From NCBI GenBank assembly GCA_035221665.1, contig CM069157.1, forward strand, positions 18,042,001 to 18,106,000: a DNA stretch of 64,000 bases. The letters are read 5' to 3'. Under the pieces are notes generated by a model. The model did not search any database, was not told the origin of the DNA, and saw nothing but the letters and a program-made list of their open reading frames with translations. Positions 1 through 13,500 of this stretch are shown here, in pieces. Position 1 is the first letter of the stretch; the number at the start of each line of letters is the position of its first letter. Position numbers and translations under genes: made by a program. Origin of the DNA: Okamejei kenojei. Lineage: Eukaryota.

Positions 1-135
1 CTTTTGCCTGCAATCACAAAATTCTGTTAGCTCGAAGATACAAATTTCATAGAAGTTCTGATGTTTCACAAAGTTTAGGTAGAAGTCAAAAACATTTTCT
101 TTTCGTCTTTGGGGGAAATCCTACAGATTGACGAT

Positions 136-277
136 CTTCTTCTTCTTGCGTATGGCTTGCACAGCCTAAAGTTGTAGGACAACTTGTTTTATTTGATCTT
201 ATTTGATTGTGCACGCCGGGTTGATTGCCTTCGTCAAAACAGGGTGGACCACGTGAAGGTTGCAATCTTCCACACCA
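136..277 (-). mobile_element. Short non-LTR retroelement with (AAG)n tail, possibly Ingi/Vingi-related
   Basis: 11-bp TSD agattgacgat at 125-135 and 278-288; minus-strand 3' end CCATACGCAAGAAGAAGAAG. Confidence 0.65.
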
Positions 278-1269
278 AGATTGACGATGAGCAAGTCAGA
301 TGAGTTGAAGAAGCTTTTCAACAGGTTCTGTGCCAATGGCACACCATTTCAGCTGACCCAACAGTGGACTTGGCCAGCGTTGGTCCAATGGGAGAGGAGT
401 AGTAAACACTGAAGATGAGGCACACCAACACTCTCTAACCAAACACACATGACAAATATCTGTTCTTGCCCACTCTCTCTTCCTCAGCTCCCTCTCCACG
501 CCCCGTCTTTCTCCATCTCTCTTTCCTGGTCCACCTCCCTCTCAGCTCCCACCTACTTTGCTCATCTTTTTTCTCAACCCTTTCCTTTCCATCTTGATTT
601 CCCCTTGCTCTCTATCTCTGCCACCACCACCCAACCCCAGCCCCCAAATCTCCATCTCCTGCTCAACAGCTCTATCCCAGTGTAAAGTTACTTCACCACC
701 ATTATTTACCCTCTTCTGGTTTTCTCCCTCATTACAATAAAAAACTTTTATGCACTTATTCACTGCATTTTCATAATTCCCTGGTTACTATTTCTAAACT
801 TGGTATTAGTATAATCAAATTACCATTTTCCACGCAACTAGAAAAAACAGGAAGCAACAAACATTAGATAAATTTGCAGCTCCTTCACCTCTATTTTATA
901 ACACCGTTTGAGCATTTGATTAGTATAAAACTGCTCTTGCATTACAGTACAGTATACCCTGTTATGGGTGGCACTGCCTTCCCAGAAAATGCTGCAATTA
1001 CAATGTTCTGAAATGGGAACCCTTGACAAAATCACCACAATTCATTGTTATTTTCACATTTTGTGTTTGTTTAGCTACTTTTCCGCACAAATTACATGAG
1101 AGCAAAATGTTCTCTATATCTTAAACGTTCTGGCAGTCACTTGTAAAGTCCATAAGGGGGAATTTTTTATACCCCATGTGCAGTAACATGGGGATACAAT
1201 CTAATATTATAATGTGGGGGGTACTGTACTGACTTTCAATACTTCTATCGATTTTCTGTTGGGTATTAC

Positions 1270-1503
1270 CTTTTCTGTTTCTTGTTGGACAGCTTTCGTT
1301 AAGGCACTGTCTACTTGTTTCTGAAGTTTCTCCGCACTTTGACTCAAGACTTTGTGCTGAGCCTTAACTTCCAATAGTTTTGTCTCAACTTTTGCCAATT
1401 CTTCAGTACCTAGCTTTCCCTCGTTCTCCTGCAATAAGTGTTCCGTGGCCTTGATCACATCCTCCACAGCAGCAGCGCGAGATTGCATGTCTTTTTGTAA
1501 TGC
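1270..1503 (-). CDS. MACF1: Exon, spectrin-repeat rod (ALQKDMQSR...AVQQETEK)
   Basis: tcttag|GCA...AAG|gtaata, 234 nt. Confidence 0.93.
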
Positions 1504-4500
1504 CTAAGAAGGAACATAACAGAAAAAATATTTTAATAGCCTTATTGTGAAAGAAGGCGCACAAAACAACACTGACAATCTAGCTACATGTACTTCATGC
1601 CCAAATCAAATCAAATTCCTGTAGCCTCCCTTACAATCAGTCTGAAGAAGGGTCTCAACCTGAAACATCGCCTATCCGTGTTCTCCAGAGATGCTGCCTG
1701 ACCTGCTGAGATATTCCAGAACTTTGTGTCTTTTTTTTCCCCATAAGCCAGCATCTGCAGTTCCTTATTTCTACAAATTCCTGTAGCCTTGTTTTAGGCA
1801 CACTTTATTTTAAGCAGAAGATGAATCCCACAATTATAGAGGCTTTTACCCAAGTAAACTTGCCCATTCTATTTTGGTTGTTGACTCACTGAGGCTACAG
1901 CCTGGTAAAATTACTCAAGTCATCCACTTCTCAACTGTACTTCTTATTACTGCGCGGTTGAGATGTAACTGATATTTATGTCCATGACAAAAGCAGTTCA
2001 TGGTCAACCAACTGCTGTTTTTTTTCTTAACATACGGAGCGGATTGATGAGGAAATTCAGAAAACTGTACCATATTTCCCATCTGCTGTTATGTTTTGAT
2101 GGAAGACAGCTACTATCCTGAGTTGAGAAGTGGAAAATATTTTTTATGATATCAGCTATACTTCTGCTAAATACCTGAATTTCATTTAAACCATCAAACT
2201 GGTGATCTAAAAGATATTTTAAGAACCACGTTTCAGTGATATTAAATTTCAGTGATGCATAGTTCCAAAAATGATGGCTCCACTTGTAAAAATGATTTAG
2301 CTAAAAGACCAAATATAGGCTTTATTGCACAGAATCAACAAAAAACAGTGTTGGAAAATTAATTATCTCTGCATCATCTAAAGTTTTAGAATGTTGTGCA
2401 TTAATTACAAAGGGCATATGGAATTATTTTACTGTTGGAGAAGAGCTAAATTGTTTTTAATGTTTTTATGTGCTTTCCATCATAAATAGTACTGATAAAA
2501 ACAGATGATCGCTTATTTCCTGAACAGCAGCTTCTTCGTGGTACATCATAAACACACTGCTACTTATATACCTCATCTCACGCTCTTCATGAACTTCCTC
2601 GGTCTATGAAACCATTCTCTAGCTTCAAGTATTTAACACAGCTTTCCTTTAAATGTACCAACACCAGTTAACATCCATGCATCTGGCAGCAGTTTAACCA
2701 GTTTCCGGATCAACCATGTCACCTAATCCCATCTCCCAAATATTATTGCATTTGGTCTTAACGCTCTGCTCATCCTTCCAATTTCTCTCACCCAGCTGGA
2801 ATCCAGCGCGGGCTGTTCCCCTGCTGTACTGGCTGGAGGCTGTAGTGTGCAGCTGCTGTTCCAAGTTGAAGCACATTCAGATTAAGTATTTACTTAGCTA
2901 CTGATCCACTCTCAGTTAAGGAATCTCCTGGAGTCATATTATGTAAATAGTAAATAATAAGTGCAATAAGTCTTGCAATGTATTTCGATGGAGCTGCTCC
3001 CATTCATTAGAACAGAACAATACAGGACAGAATGTCTGTGGTCAACACGATGCCAAGTTAAAGTAATCTCCTCTGCCTGCACGTCATCTATATCCCTCCA
3101 TTCCCTCAATATCTATGTCCCCCTCATAAATGCCACTACTGTATCAGCTTCCATCACCTCCCCTGGTGGTGTGTTCCAGGCACCCACCATTCCGTAAAAA
3201 AAAAACACAGATCACATTTAAACTTTGCTCCTCTCACAAAGCAATGCCCTCTAGTCTTTGATATTTCAATCCTGGGATAAAGATTCTGTGCCTTTCATAA
3301 TTGTTTTAATACTTCTATCAGGTCTCTCCTCAGCCTTAGACCTCGAGAGAACACAATCCAAGTTTGTCCAACCTTTCCTTATATCCAATGCCCTCTATTC
3401 CAGGCAGCATTCTGTTAAACCTCTTCTACACCCTCTCCAAAGCCTCTACATCTTTCCTGTAGTGTGGTGACCAGAACTAACTAGCTAACCAATGAAAGGC
3501 TTGGATAGAACAAACGTGGAGAGGATGTTTCCACTAGTGGGAATGTCTAGGACCAGAGGGCATACCCTCAGAATAAATGGACGTTCCTTTAGAAAGGAGA
3601 TGAGGAGGAATTGGAGGAATATAGGCCAAACACAGGCAGGTGGGTCTATTATATTTGGGGCAAGTTGGTCGGCCTGGGAATGTTGGGCCGAAGGGCCCTT
3701 TTCCACATTGTATGACCAAATCTAATGGTGAAAAAACAGTTTGAGTTAAGGCAAAAGCTAGTCCATTATTATAAAATTGGCTTCACAAACCTGAATCGCA
3801 CTCTGCTGCTCGTGAAGAGCTGGCAAGTCACACTCGCTAACTGCCACCTGGTGACTGGCCACCATGTTAGCTGTCTGGGCCAGCCATGTTCCAAGCTGAT
3901 CCAGCTTCTGCTCGCATTCCTCCTGCTGTTCCTGCCGCGTCTGCAACAAAACTAGAATGTACATTCCTTCTTTCCATTTATGTGCTTCTAATTCTCATAA
4001 CTGGCATTTTGAAATACAACTTAATGATGTCTATAGATCATCTCTGGCTGGGTGGACACAATAGATCCATGCAGGTTTTTTTTTTCATAAGCCAATAAAA
4101 CTTAAATTTTACTTGATTCAACTCAACCCAAAAACAATTGTCATGTAGTTGTGCAATTTGCCTTCAAATCACCTGAATATGTATGAGGCCCACAATAGTA
4201 TAACTTTAGATTTAGTCATTTATTTGAAATATTTAAGTTCTGAATGAGATTTAGAAAGCTAAGCTTGAGAGATAATAATCTGAGATCTATAAAACTAGAT
4301 GGATTCAAACTGGTTGATTAAATTTTAATGCACATGATTTCATGGCAGATGAAAGAAAATTGATGGGTGATGTTAGAATGCGCTGCGATATGCAGATAAA
4401 ATGCTTACATTACACACTCAGAATTCTGTGAACATTTGAATGAGCAATTTTCAAAGAGCTGCTTGAAATTAAACAGCAGTCACAAGCAAATAGTCCTCAT

Positions 4501-7500
4501 CTCCAGCCTTTAGATGGACTACAGATATCACATTATGAATTAGTACAATTGAGCAAGATGTGTCACAAATATACAGGGAAGCCACTGTGTGGAGATTTCA
4601 CGGAAATACATTATAGAAGCAGTGAAGAATCAGCTGTTATAGAACGACAATGACAAGAACTATTAGCATGTGGTCTCATGGTTAAAAACCACAGTTAACA
4701 CTTCAATGACCATTTTCAGATCCACTGCAAAGCATTATCTTCATTATGTGAGCCGTGGCGGTTAACGGAACATAAGTATCTGGAAAAAGCAAGGCAAAAC
4801 AGATTACAAGAATGACTCAAGGAACATTGGTTAGAGGGTTACTGAAAGCATTGCAACTGAAGACAGAGAAATAATCCACAGTCATTTCAGACATCACACT
4901 TACACACACACACAATACACACATGGCTGAGGCTACTGACTGGCATTAGATTAAAGGAGAAAAGATTCTTGGAGCAGCTTTATGAAGATACCAAACAGAC
5001 AAGTTGGACCATTGATGTGCCTTCATACCATGGACGGAAATTACATGGAATCTCTTAGATGTACTTGGTATGTCAGCTGTTTTGCCCAGTTCACATTAAA
5101 CTGTGCTAAAATCAGCAAGCGCACTGCCAACCAACGTTTATATCAGCTGAATACAGATCAACATATTTTCTTTCAAACAGCCAAGTTCCTTTATTTCTAA
5201 TTTAATTCAATTATTATACAAATCTATCTACAGGACCCCTGTCAAGGGTGCATGGAAACCCGCTCCTGGCGAGTGGCAAAGGAGAGGGGGATCCCGCTTC
5301 CCAGTGCGCAGACCTGGAAGCTGGAAATAGAGTCCCATCAAGTGCCCGGAAAGTGTAGGAAAGAGCTGCAAATACTGGTTTACGCAGAAAACAGACATAA
5401 AATGCTGGAGTAACTCAGCGGGACAGGCAGCATCTCTGGATAGAAGGAATAGGTGACATTTTGGGTCAAGACTCATCTTTAGAAGAAGGGTCTCGACCCG
5501 AAATGTCACCCATTTCTTCTCTCAAGTGGTCGGAAAGTGCAGGGACGGGAGTGCCAGCAAGATAACTGGGGCCTCAGTGCAAGGAGAGGAGCACAACCAT
5601 CAGGGAGCTGCAAGTGGCATGGGGCCACAGGAACTGGTGCTGATGCCAAAGATGCGGGATTTCCAAATTGTATAGTGGATTACAGTTTTATTTATGTATA
5701 TTCACTGCGTAAAGACTTTGACAGTAAAGCAACTTTTCAGCAAGTGGCTTAAAAGCTACAATGTCCGTTTTTACTTTTTCAGCAGTTTGCACTTGAATTA
5801 CAATTACTTGCATATCTTAATATTCATAATAACTAGGTTCTCATTTGTACCCATTGTCAGATAATGCATTAAATCACACCTGACATTTTGCTTTAGAAAT
5901 ATTTTCTATGGCTCAAAACGATGGTATTTTACATCTAATTGCTGGCTGGTCCAAACCTGCTTGGATTCCACAGACACGTTATCCTGAAGCTGAAGATCTG
6001 GTGTTGAAGTGCATGCCCCAATATTTTCAGAAATATTTCCGAATGACCCAAGTGGGTCATCTAATTGTTTATGCAACAACAAGCTGCTTTGTTGAGGGCT
6101 TGAGGCTTGAGCATGATCAGTATTAAAACGTTGGAAATCAAAATTCACTTCATCAATATCTGCTTTAGTGTGTGACGATGATCCCTTTAGCTCCTACAAA
6201 AAAGAATGGGAGGACTAATTGTAAACATGTCAAATAGCAAAAGCATACATTTACACTTTGTGATTAAATACTATGAGGATAGGAACAAAGATATTTTCTT
6301 GAAATAACAGTGATTTTGGCTCATTAAATTATGTAATTGCAAAGGAATTCTACATATTTGGAACGACAATTTTACTTAAACATCGATCTTATTTTGGCAT
6401 ATTCAGGTATTGGTGTCACATTCTCACTGTTCAAACCCTGTGCCTCATGCAGGTGATCAGCACAATGACACAGCTGGTGGAGCTGCTGCCTCACAGAGCC
6501 AACTGCAAACCACGTTCGATCCGGTCCTCGGAGGCTGCCCAAGTGGAGTTTGCAGGTTCTCCCCGTGACAATGTTGGTTTCCTCCGGGTGCCCCGACTTT
6601 CCCCCCACTTCCCAAAGACGTGCGGGTTTGTAGGTTAATTGACTGTAAATTAACCCTAGTGCGTACAGAGTGGATGCGAAAACTGGGGTAACATCGAAGT
6701 AGTGTCAATGGTTGATGGATGGCCAGTGTAGATTCAGTGGGTAAAAGGGCCTGTTTCCATGCAGTACCTCTAAAGTAAACTCATAGGGTAGTTATTGCAT
6801 CTTGCCAGGAGTTCTGCTTCCCCTAAAATTCAAATAATGACTACACCTACAAGTTATGATTATCTGAATTTTTTATTTTGGGGTTCCTGAAGAAATCAGC
6901 AAATAAAATAATGTGATCTACCTAATGGGAGAATGCAATGAAATTACTCAAGTGCCCAACTAGTTAAAATGGTATCCGTTAACCAAACACCTATTCAACG
7001 GAAAAACTAGTATTTCGACTTATGCATGATATTCAGAAACAGTCCTCACATATCTCAACTAAACAAATTTGAAACCTTTCTTTTACCTTTCCTAGCAACC
7101 AACTTAAATTTGTGGGTTCAGGCCCTCCTCAAAAATCTGAGTGGACCTTGCAGCTCTGATAGTACGCTGCCCACCCAAAGATGCCATCATGTGGAATGAT
7201 TTTAAAAACAGACGCCCAACTTCTCTCAAAGATTTTGGAAGAGAAGGGGAATAATCCCAAGAGTCCGGGCCAACACATACCTCAACAAACCAAATGAAAA
7301 ACAGATTGTCTAGTCATTTGGCTATTGCTATTTCTGGGTGCACGCTGCAGTATGTTCCCTACATGAGAACAGCAATTTCTAATGCAATTCATTTCCTGAT
7401 CACCTTGAATCCTAGAGGGGATGATAGAAGTATAAACCTCTCTTTAACTGGACTGTTTCTATTAGATCTCCACAACTGTCAACGTTCAGCCACATTTTGA

Positions 7501-10500
7501 GAAATTTATTATACTTACGCAAGTCACATGTTGTTATTTTATTCCCTTATGCAGAAGAACTTTTATTGGGCAAAAACACTTGTTAAGCTTTCCGAATGCA
7601 GCCTTTGGTATACCAGAACCCACTGCCAGCAACTGGCAACCTGCACCCAGCATGGCCTCACTTTTACATACCTCTTTACCTTGTGGAGAGATGCTATATT
7701 GAATTACACTTCCCAGCAACATCAGTGAACAACAAACAGCTTAAAAACTTAGACAGCTGGCTAAATTGAGCCCATTGACCAAACACCCATTCAAAAGGAA
7801 AAACTAATATAGCCACATGTGCAGTATATTCAGAAACATTCCTCTCTTATCTTAAACAACATAATTAAAAACAGATTAACTCGTCATTTTCCCGTTGCTA
7901 TTTATGGGCAAAAGTAAAAAACACATTTGGAGCAAATTATTACTTTTTCATTTTTCTTGTCCATCAAAGTAACTTCCCTCTGAAAGATACAGTGTGGAAA
8001 CAGGCTATTCGGCCCATCGAGCCCACGCTGACCGTCACTAGTTCCATGTTATCCCATTTTTGCATTTACTCCCAACATACCAGGGCAAGTTACAGAGGCC
8101 AATTAACCTATTTGGGATGTGGGAGGAAACCAGAGCACCCAGAGGAAGGCCACATGGTCACAGGGAGAACATTCAAACAGTTCTCACAGGCAGCACCCGA
8201 AGTTGGGATCGAACCTTTATCTCTGGCGCGACGAGGTAATGAAATGTAGGCTCCATGAGCAATCCCAGGTCAGAAACACTGGAAATGGTTTCCAGCAAGA
8301 TCTTGTCGGCTGTCTAACATAATACCGAAGGCCCTTTTTTAAAACTCACTAACTTAATTGTAATGTAACAAGTCAAGGCAACTGTTTGAATTTTGCTCTC
8401 AATTATATTCCTAGTGATCTGACTACTGATTAAACTCTGCAAAATGTGTTAGCAAACAATGCTACAAATCACTGTGATGACTAATCACTGAATATATTGT
8501 CTGATAATTTAGCAAATCCAGTTTTTATAGACCACCTAAAATAATTGCCTGCTCATTCAACCTTTGGTTTTGGAGCTGCAGAGCAGGTGGTTTAAAGAAA
8601 CAACTTGTCTCATCACACACACGTTGTTCATTTTTCTGTCTGATCCAGTGTGTATTTTATAATTGATGTTGAAGTATAGTGCTGAAATGCTGCGATCACA
8701 ATTTTGGTAATGGCACAGATTTAATTGTTAATTGTCCAGATGGAACACTGATCAAAGCTTAATCATACATTAACTATTTCATCTATAGGAAAGAAGCTGA
8801 ATATTTCACTATTATACATCTCCAAATTTGGTCCCCGTCCCCCCTATGTTGTGGATACCTAGCAAATTAAAACTGATCCTTGGAAAAACTTTTGAAAAAG
8901 CTTCTTTCCCAATTCATAACAGACAGCAAGCCAACACTTTCTCTTTGTTTTTTGTTTCATCTAATTTTAACTGATATACAGTACTCTGACTGCTTTATGA
9001 CAATGTGTCAAAAATCAGCACACTTAAGGGGCTGTCCCACTTGGGCGACCTAATTGGCGAGTTTAGAAGAGTATGAAAAAATGACATGTTGAAGACCTCC
9101 TTCGACTATATTGAAAACCAGCTTCGACTAGCTATGACTAACTTCGGGAAAATTGGACACCGAATAGTGGAGAGTGAAGACGACCTCCTTCGATCTCCCT
9201 TCGACTATGATGAAGACTATCTACGACTACCTTTGACTACCTTTGACTACCCTCGATTACCTGCGACTAACATGACGACCTACTACAACTAAACCTACGA
9301 GTAAAAAAAAGTATTGATTTTTTCCATGGGGACCTTTTTTTACTCGCGGGCATTTTTTAACAGATTGAAAAAAAGCCACGACCTAGCTGAGGCCTTGAGT
9401 TCGCGGAGACCACTCTCGAGCATGAAGGAGAGTTACGAAGACCTCCTACGACCTTGTGTCGACCATGCTGTGAGTATGAGTTGAGCGCAAACTCGCCAGA
9501 ACTCACGGATTAGGTTGCACAAGTGGGACTGGCCCTTTAAAACAATTACCAAATGAATTTCAATTATTACAAAATATTAAGGTCATAACTTGAGGATAGT
9601 TGACCACCGTTGAAGGTAAATGCCTGATCAGTTGAAGAAACATTATTTGGTTTCCAATCGAGGACAATAAAAAATGACGCAGGATCAGCATTGTGATTTA
9701 ATGAACCATCACAAACTCCAGTTACTAAGTCAGTGATTAATAGGTCCAAGATTGATTTGGACATACATTAACACAATGTAATAGTTGAAAAACTCTAGCT
9801 TAAGTGGCAGTTCAGCAACTGCAAATACTAATGGAGGTGCAACCATTCGCGACAATGTTGCATGTCCACTGACAACTGTTCAATAATTTACCTATGATTA
9901 CATGTTATCCCACAGGTTCAATTGATGGCAGACATACAGATTTGTAGGTTAATTGGCTTCAGTAAAAATTGTAAATTGTCCCTAGTGTGCAGGATAGTGC
10001 TAGTGTATGGAGTGATCGCTGGTTGGCACAGACTCGGTGGGTGAAGGGCCTGTTTCCTTGCCTTATCTCTAAACTAAACAAACCAACCACCAAGTATATA
10101 CTTTCATTAGATGACCTTTATACAGTGATCACGGATAATGCTCACAAAGGAAGGGAGAACACCAGGAAATATATATTTTTAAATTATTTGATTTTCTGTC
10201 TTTCACTTAGCTTACTTTCTTCGTTGCCAGAATATCTGTCAAAGCTCCATGCCAAGCTTTTGACTGCTCGCAGACTGAGGTAAATGAGATCTGCAAGCTT
10301 TTCGAGTCTTTCTCAAGTGCCTTCTGTAATTGATCAGGTACATGTGTGTATCCTTCGAGTACCTTAACCAATATCATCTCCTGGTCAATCTGGAATGATA
10401 GCTTCTCAAGTTCTGCTTCAATGCCCTAAGAACAGTGTGAAGACAGTGTGAAAGACTCCAGCATTTTCAATAATTATAAAAATCAGATATCAAAACAAAT

Positions 10501-13500
10501 AAATAGAATGCAATGCACAGTTTAACCATCAAAACTAAGCAAACTTTAAGGAAAAAAGTCCAAATCAGAATTCAAGGAAAGACACAAAATGCTGGAGTAA
10601 CTCAGTGGATCAGGCAGCATTCCTGGAGAATATGGATAGGAGACGTTTGAGGTTGGGAACCTTCTTCAGAAGTGACTGAAGAAGAGACCTGACCCAAAAC
10701 ATTAGATATCCATGGTCTCTAGAGATGCTGTCTGACATGCTGAGTTACTCCAGCACTTTGTGTTTTCCTTTGGTAAACCAGCATCTGCAGTTTCCAGTTT
10801 CTACAAAGCAGAATTGAGTTCTGATAAATGAATACCAATCATGACTATTAAGCATGATGGACTAACCTTTGCCACGTGCAATTGTTCAAGAAGCATCGGC
10901 AGGTTGTCAGCGACTGGCTTCTGTTGCTTCAGCCTGACCTCAATATCCAGCACATGAGACAGGTAAGAAACAAGATTCTTGTCATGTTCCAGGCATTGCT
11001 GCTTACCACATAAAGGCTGGTGACATAGGAAATAATAAATATATATATAAACTATAATTTCATGTAATTCAATAGAAATTATTTTTTTCAAACTACAACA
11101 CCGATTGATTTTTTGCATCTACAAAACTGTGGCCATGTGGATGATTTTGCACCACACTTGGAGTATTATGTTCTGTTTTGGTCACCCTGCTATAGAAAAA
11201 TATGGAATTAAGCTGGAAAATGTGCAGAAAATATGATTTGAGGATTTTGTCAGGATTCAAGTGCCTGAGCTGCAGGGAGAAGTTGGGCAGCTAGGACTAC
11301 TTCTTCGAGTGCAGGAAGGTAAAGGTTAAGATCTTAAGGCAGTGTATAAATTCATGAGCTGGATAGCTAGGGTGAATGCACATATTTTTTTTTCCCCCGG
11401 GATAGCGGAATCAAGGACTAGAAGGCATAGGTTTAACTCAACAAGGGAAAGATTTAATAGGAACCTGAGGGGGTGGCAACTTTTTCACACATGGTTGGGG
11501 ATTATATGAAATGATCTGCCAGATCAAGTTGAGGTAGGTACAATAACATTTATGACTATGATATCAGAAAGAGAGACTGAAGCCCAAAGTCCCACACCTT
11601 CAGGTTCAGGAACAGTTTATTTCCTATAATCATAAGGTCATAAGTGATAAGAGTGGAATTAGGCCATTCGGCCCATCAAGTCTACTCTGACATTCAATCA
11701 TGGCTGATCTCTCTCTCCCTCCTAACCACGTCCTCCTGCCTTCTCCCCATAACCCTTGACACCCGTACTAATCAAGAATCTATCTATCTCTGCCTTAAAA
11801 ATATCCATTGACTTGGCCTCCGCAGCCTTCTGTGGCAAAGAATTCCACAGATTCACCACCTAAAGAAATTTTAGAAATTCTAAAGAAATGCCTCCTCATC
11901 TCCTTCCTAAAGAAACATCCTTTAATTCTGTGACTATGACCTCTGGCCCAGGACTCTCCCACTAGTGAAACATCCTCTCCACATCCACGATCCATAATCA
12001 TCAAGTTCTTGTACAGACCTGCACAACCCTAATTCTACCTCATCAGACCACTACATCCCACCTCTTGCACTGTTGCTGACTTGTTCTCTAGATTTTGCAC
12101 TAATGTTTGTTTCTTTGCAGTTTTTTCACAGTTGTGCAATGCGCACAATGTGATTTTTGTGTGTTTGCCTGAGGCCATGTGCCTGTGATGCTGCTGCAAG
12201 CACCATTTGCATTATTCCTGCACTTCATACTTGTGCACATGATGATAAACTCATCTTGACTTGACAGATGTCAAACATCAGCTCTGTCACTGAAAATTAA
12301 CTTTACAAGACAGTCTTATGTACATTTTCCTTTCTTTACCCGACGTGACAATGTTCAATAATGTACTCATAATTCAGAGCCTTTGACTCTGTCAATCTGT
12401 TTGGATGAGATGATATACAGTAGCATGGTAACAAAGGTGACAGATGTATTGCGAACATCATAATCCATGATCTCCAATCTATATTCTATTGCAAAAAGAA
12501 AATCATTCAAAAGGGCTCAGCCAAATATGCAGAATGATACCCGACTGCAATAAACAACCTGGCCATTCCATTATTACAGATGTAATCAGAAGGTTGTATG
12601 CATATGGGGGAAGTGAGAAAATTCCCCTATCCTGGGATACTCTATGCTTTCATGCTTGCGTTCACTGGGTCAGGCAGTATCCCTGGAGATCATGGATAGG
12701 TGACTTCAGTCAGGACCCTTATTTAGATGGATGAAGAAGGGTCCCAGCCCAAAACATCACCTAACAATCTTCTCCAGAGATGCTGCCTGACTTGCTGAGT
12801 TTCTCTAACACTTTGTGTTTTCTTGTGTGAACCAGCATCTGCAATTTCTTGCACCCACTAAATACAGTTCATGATGTGTTTGCCTCAATAAACAAATTAT
12901 ATTGTAAGAACTTCAATTTTTTTAGCCAGCTTTGGAATGATAACAGGTCTCATATCTGACACCGAATTCAAGCCCAACTCTGTGAAAGACTGTTTTAATT
13001 AAGCCATCCTGCTTGGGGGATAAAGAACATCATCTATTATATGTACGATAGTACATTGTAGCCGACAAAATATAGATTTCACTTTTCAGCATTCATAGGA
13101 AGGGCATGTAACAACTTTCCCTAACAAGAAATTGAAATTTTCCTTGGTATTCCATCAAAATGCGATTAATGTTATACACTGAATCAGATCTTTTACTTTA
13201 ATAACATTTTATTCAGTTGTGGTAAATGTAGGAAATGTGAAAATGCCAAATTTCATCCTCACTGCTGTTTCATCTTTCACTGGGTTGTTATAACAAAGTT
13301 ACTTAAGTAATTTCTATTTCAAAAAGATTTTACATGCATTATACAAAGCAGCGAGGAAACAGATAAGAGTATCTGCACAAAGAGCAGTTGGAAGAAAGGG
13401 AGGATCTGGCACAAATTCAGCACGATGGCTGTGTGGAATAACAAGTGAAATAGTACAAAGCCTTCTGCAAACCTCAGAAAATAGTTATGACGATTTGCAT

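Noticed and set aside
6460-6540. tRNA genes
   Set aside because: tRNA-like heads belong to V-SINEs and lack a complete cloverleaf.
9086-9292. Repetitive ORF / CRISPR-like array
   Set aside because: Irregular short repeats inside a MITE, with no spacer structure, in a eukaryotic context.
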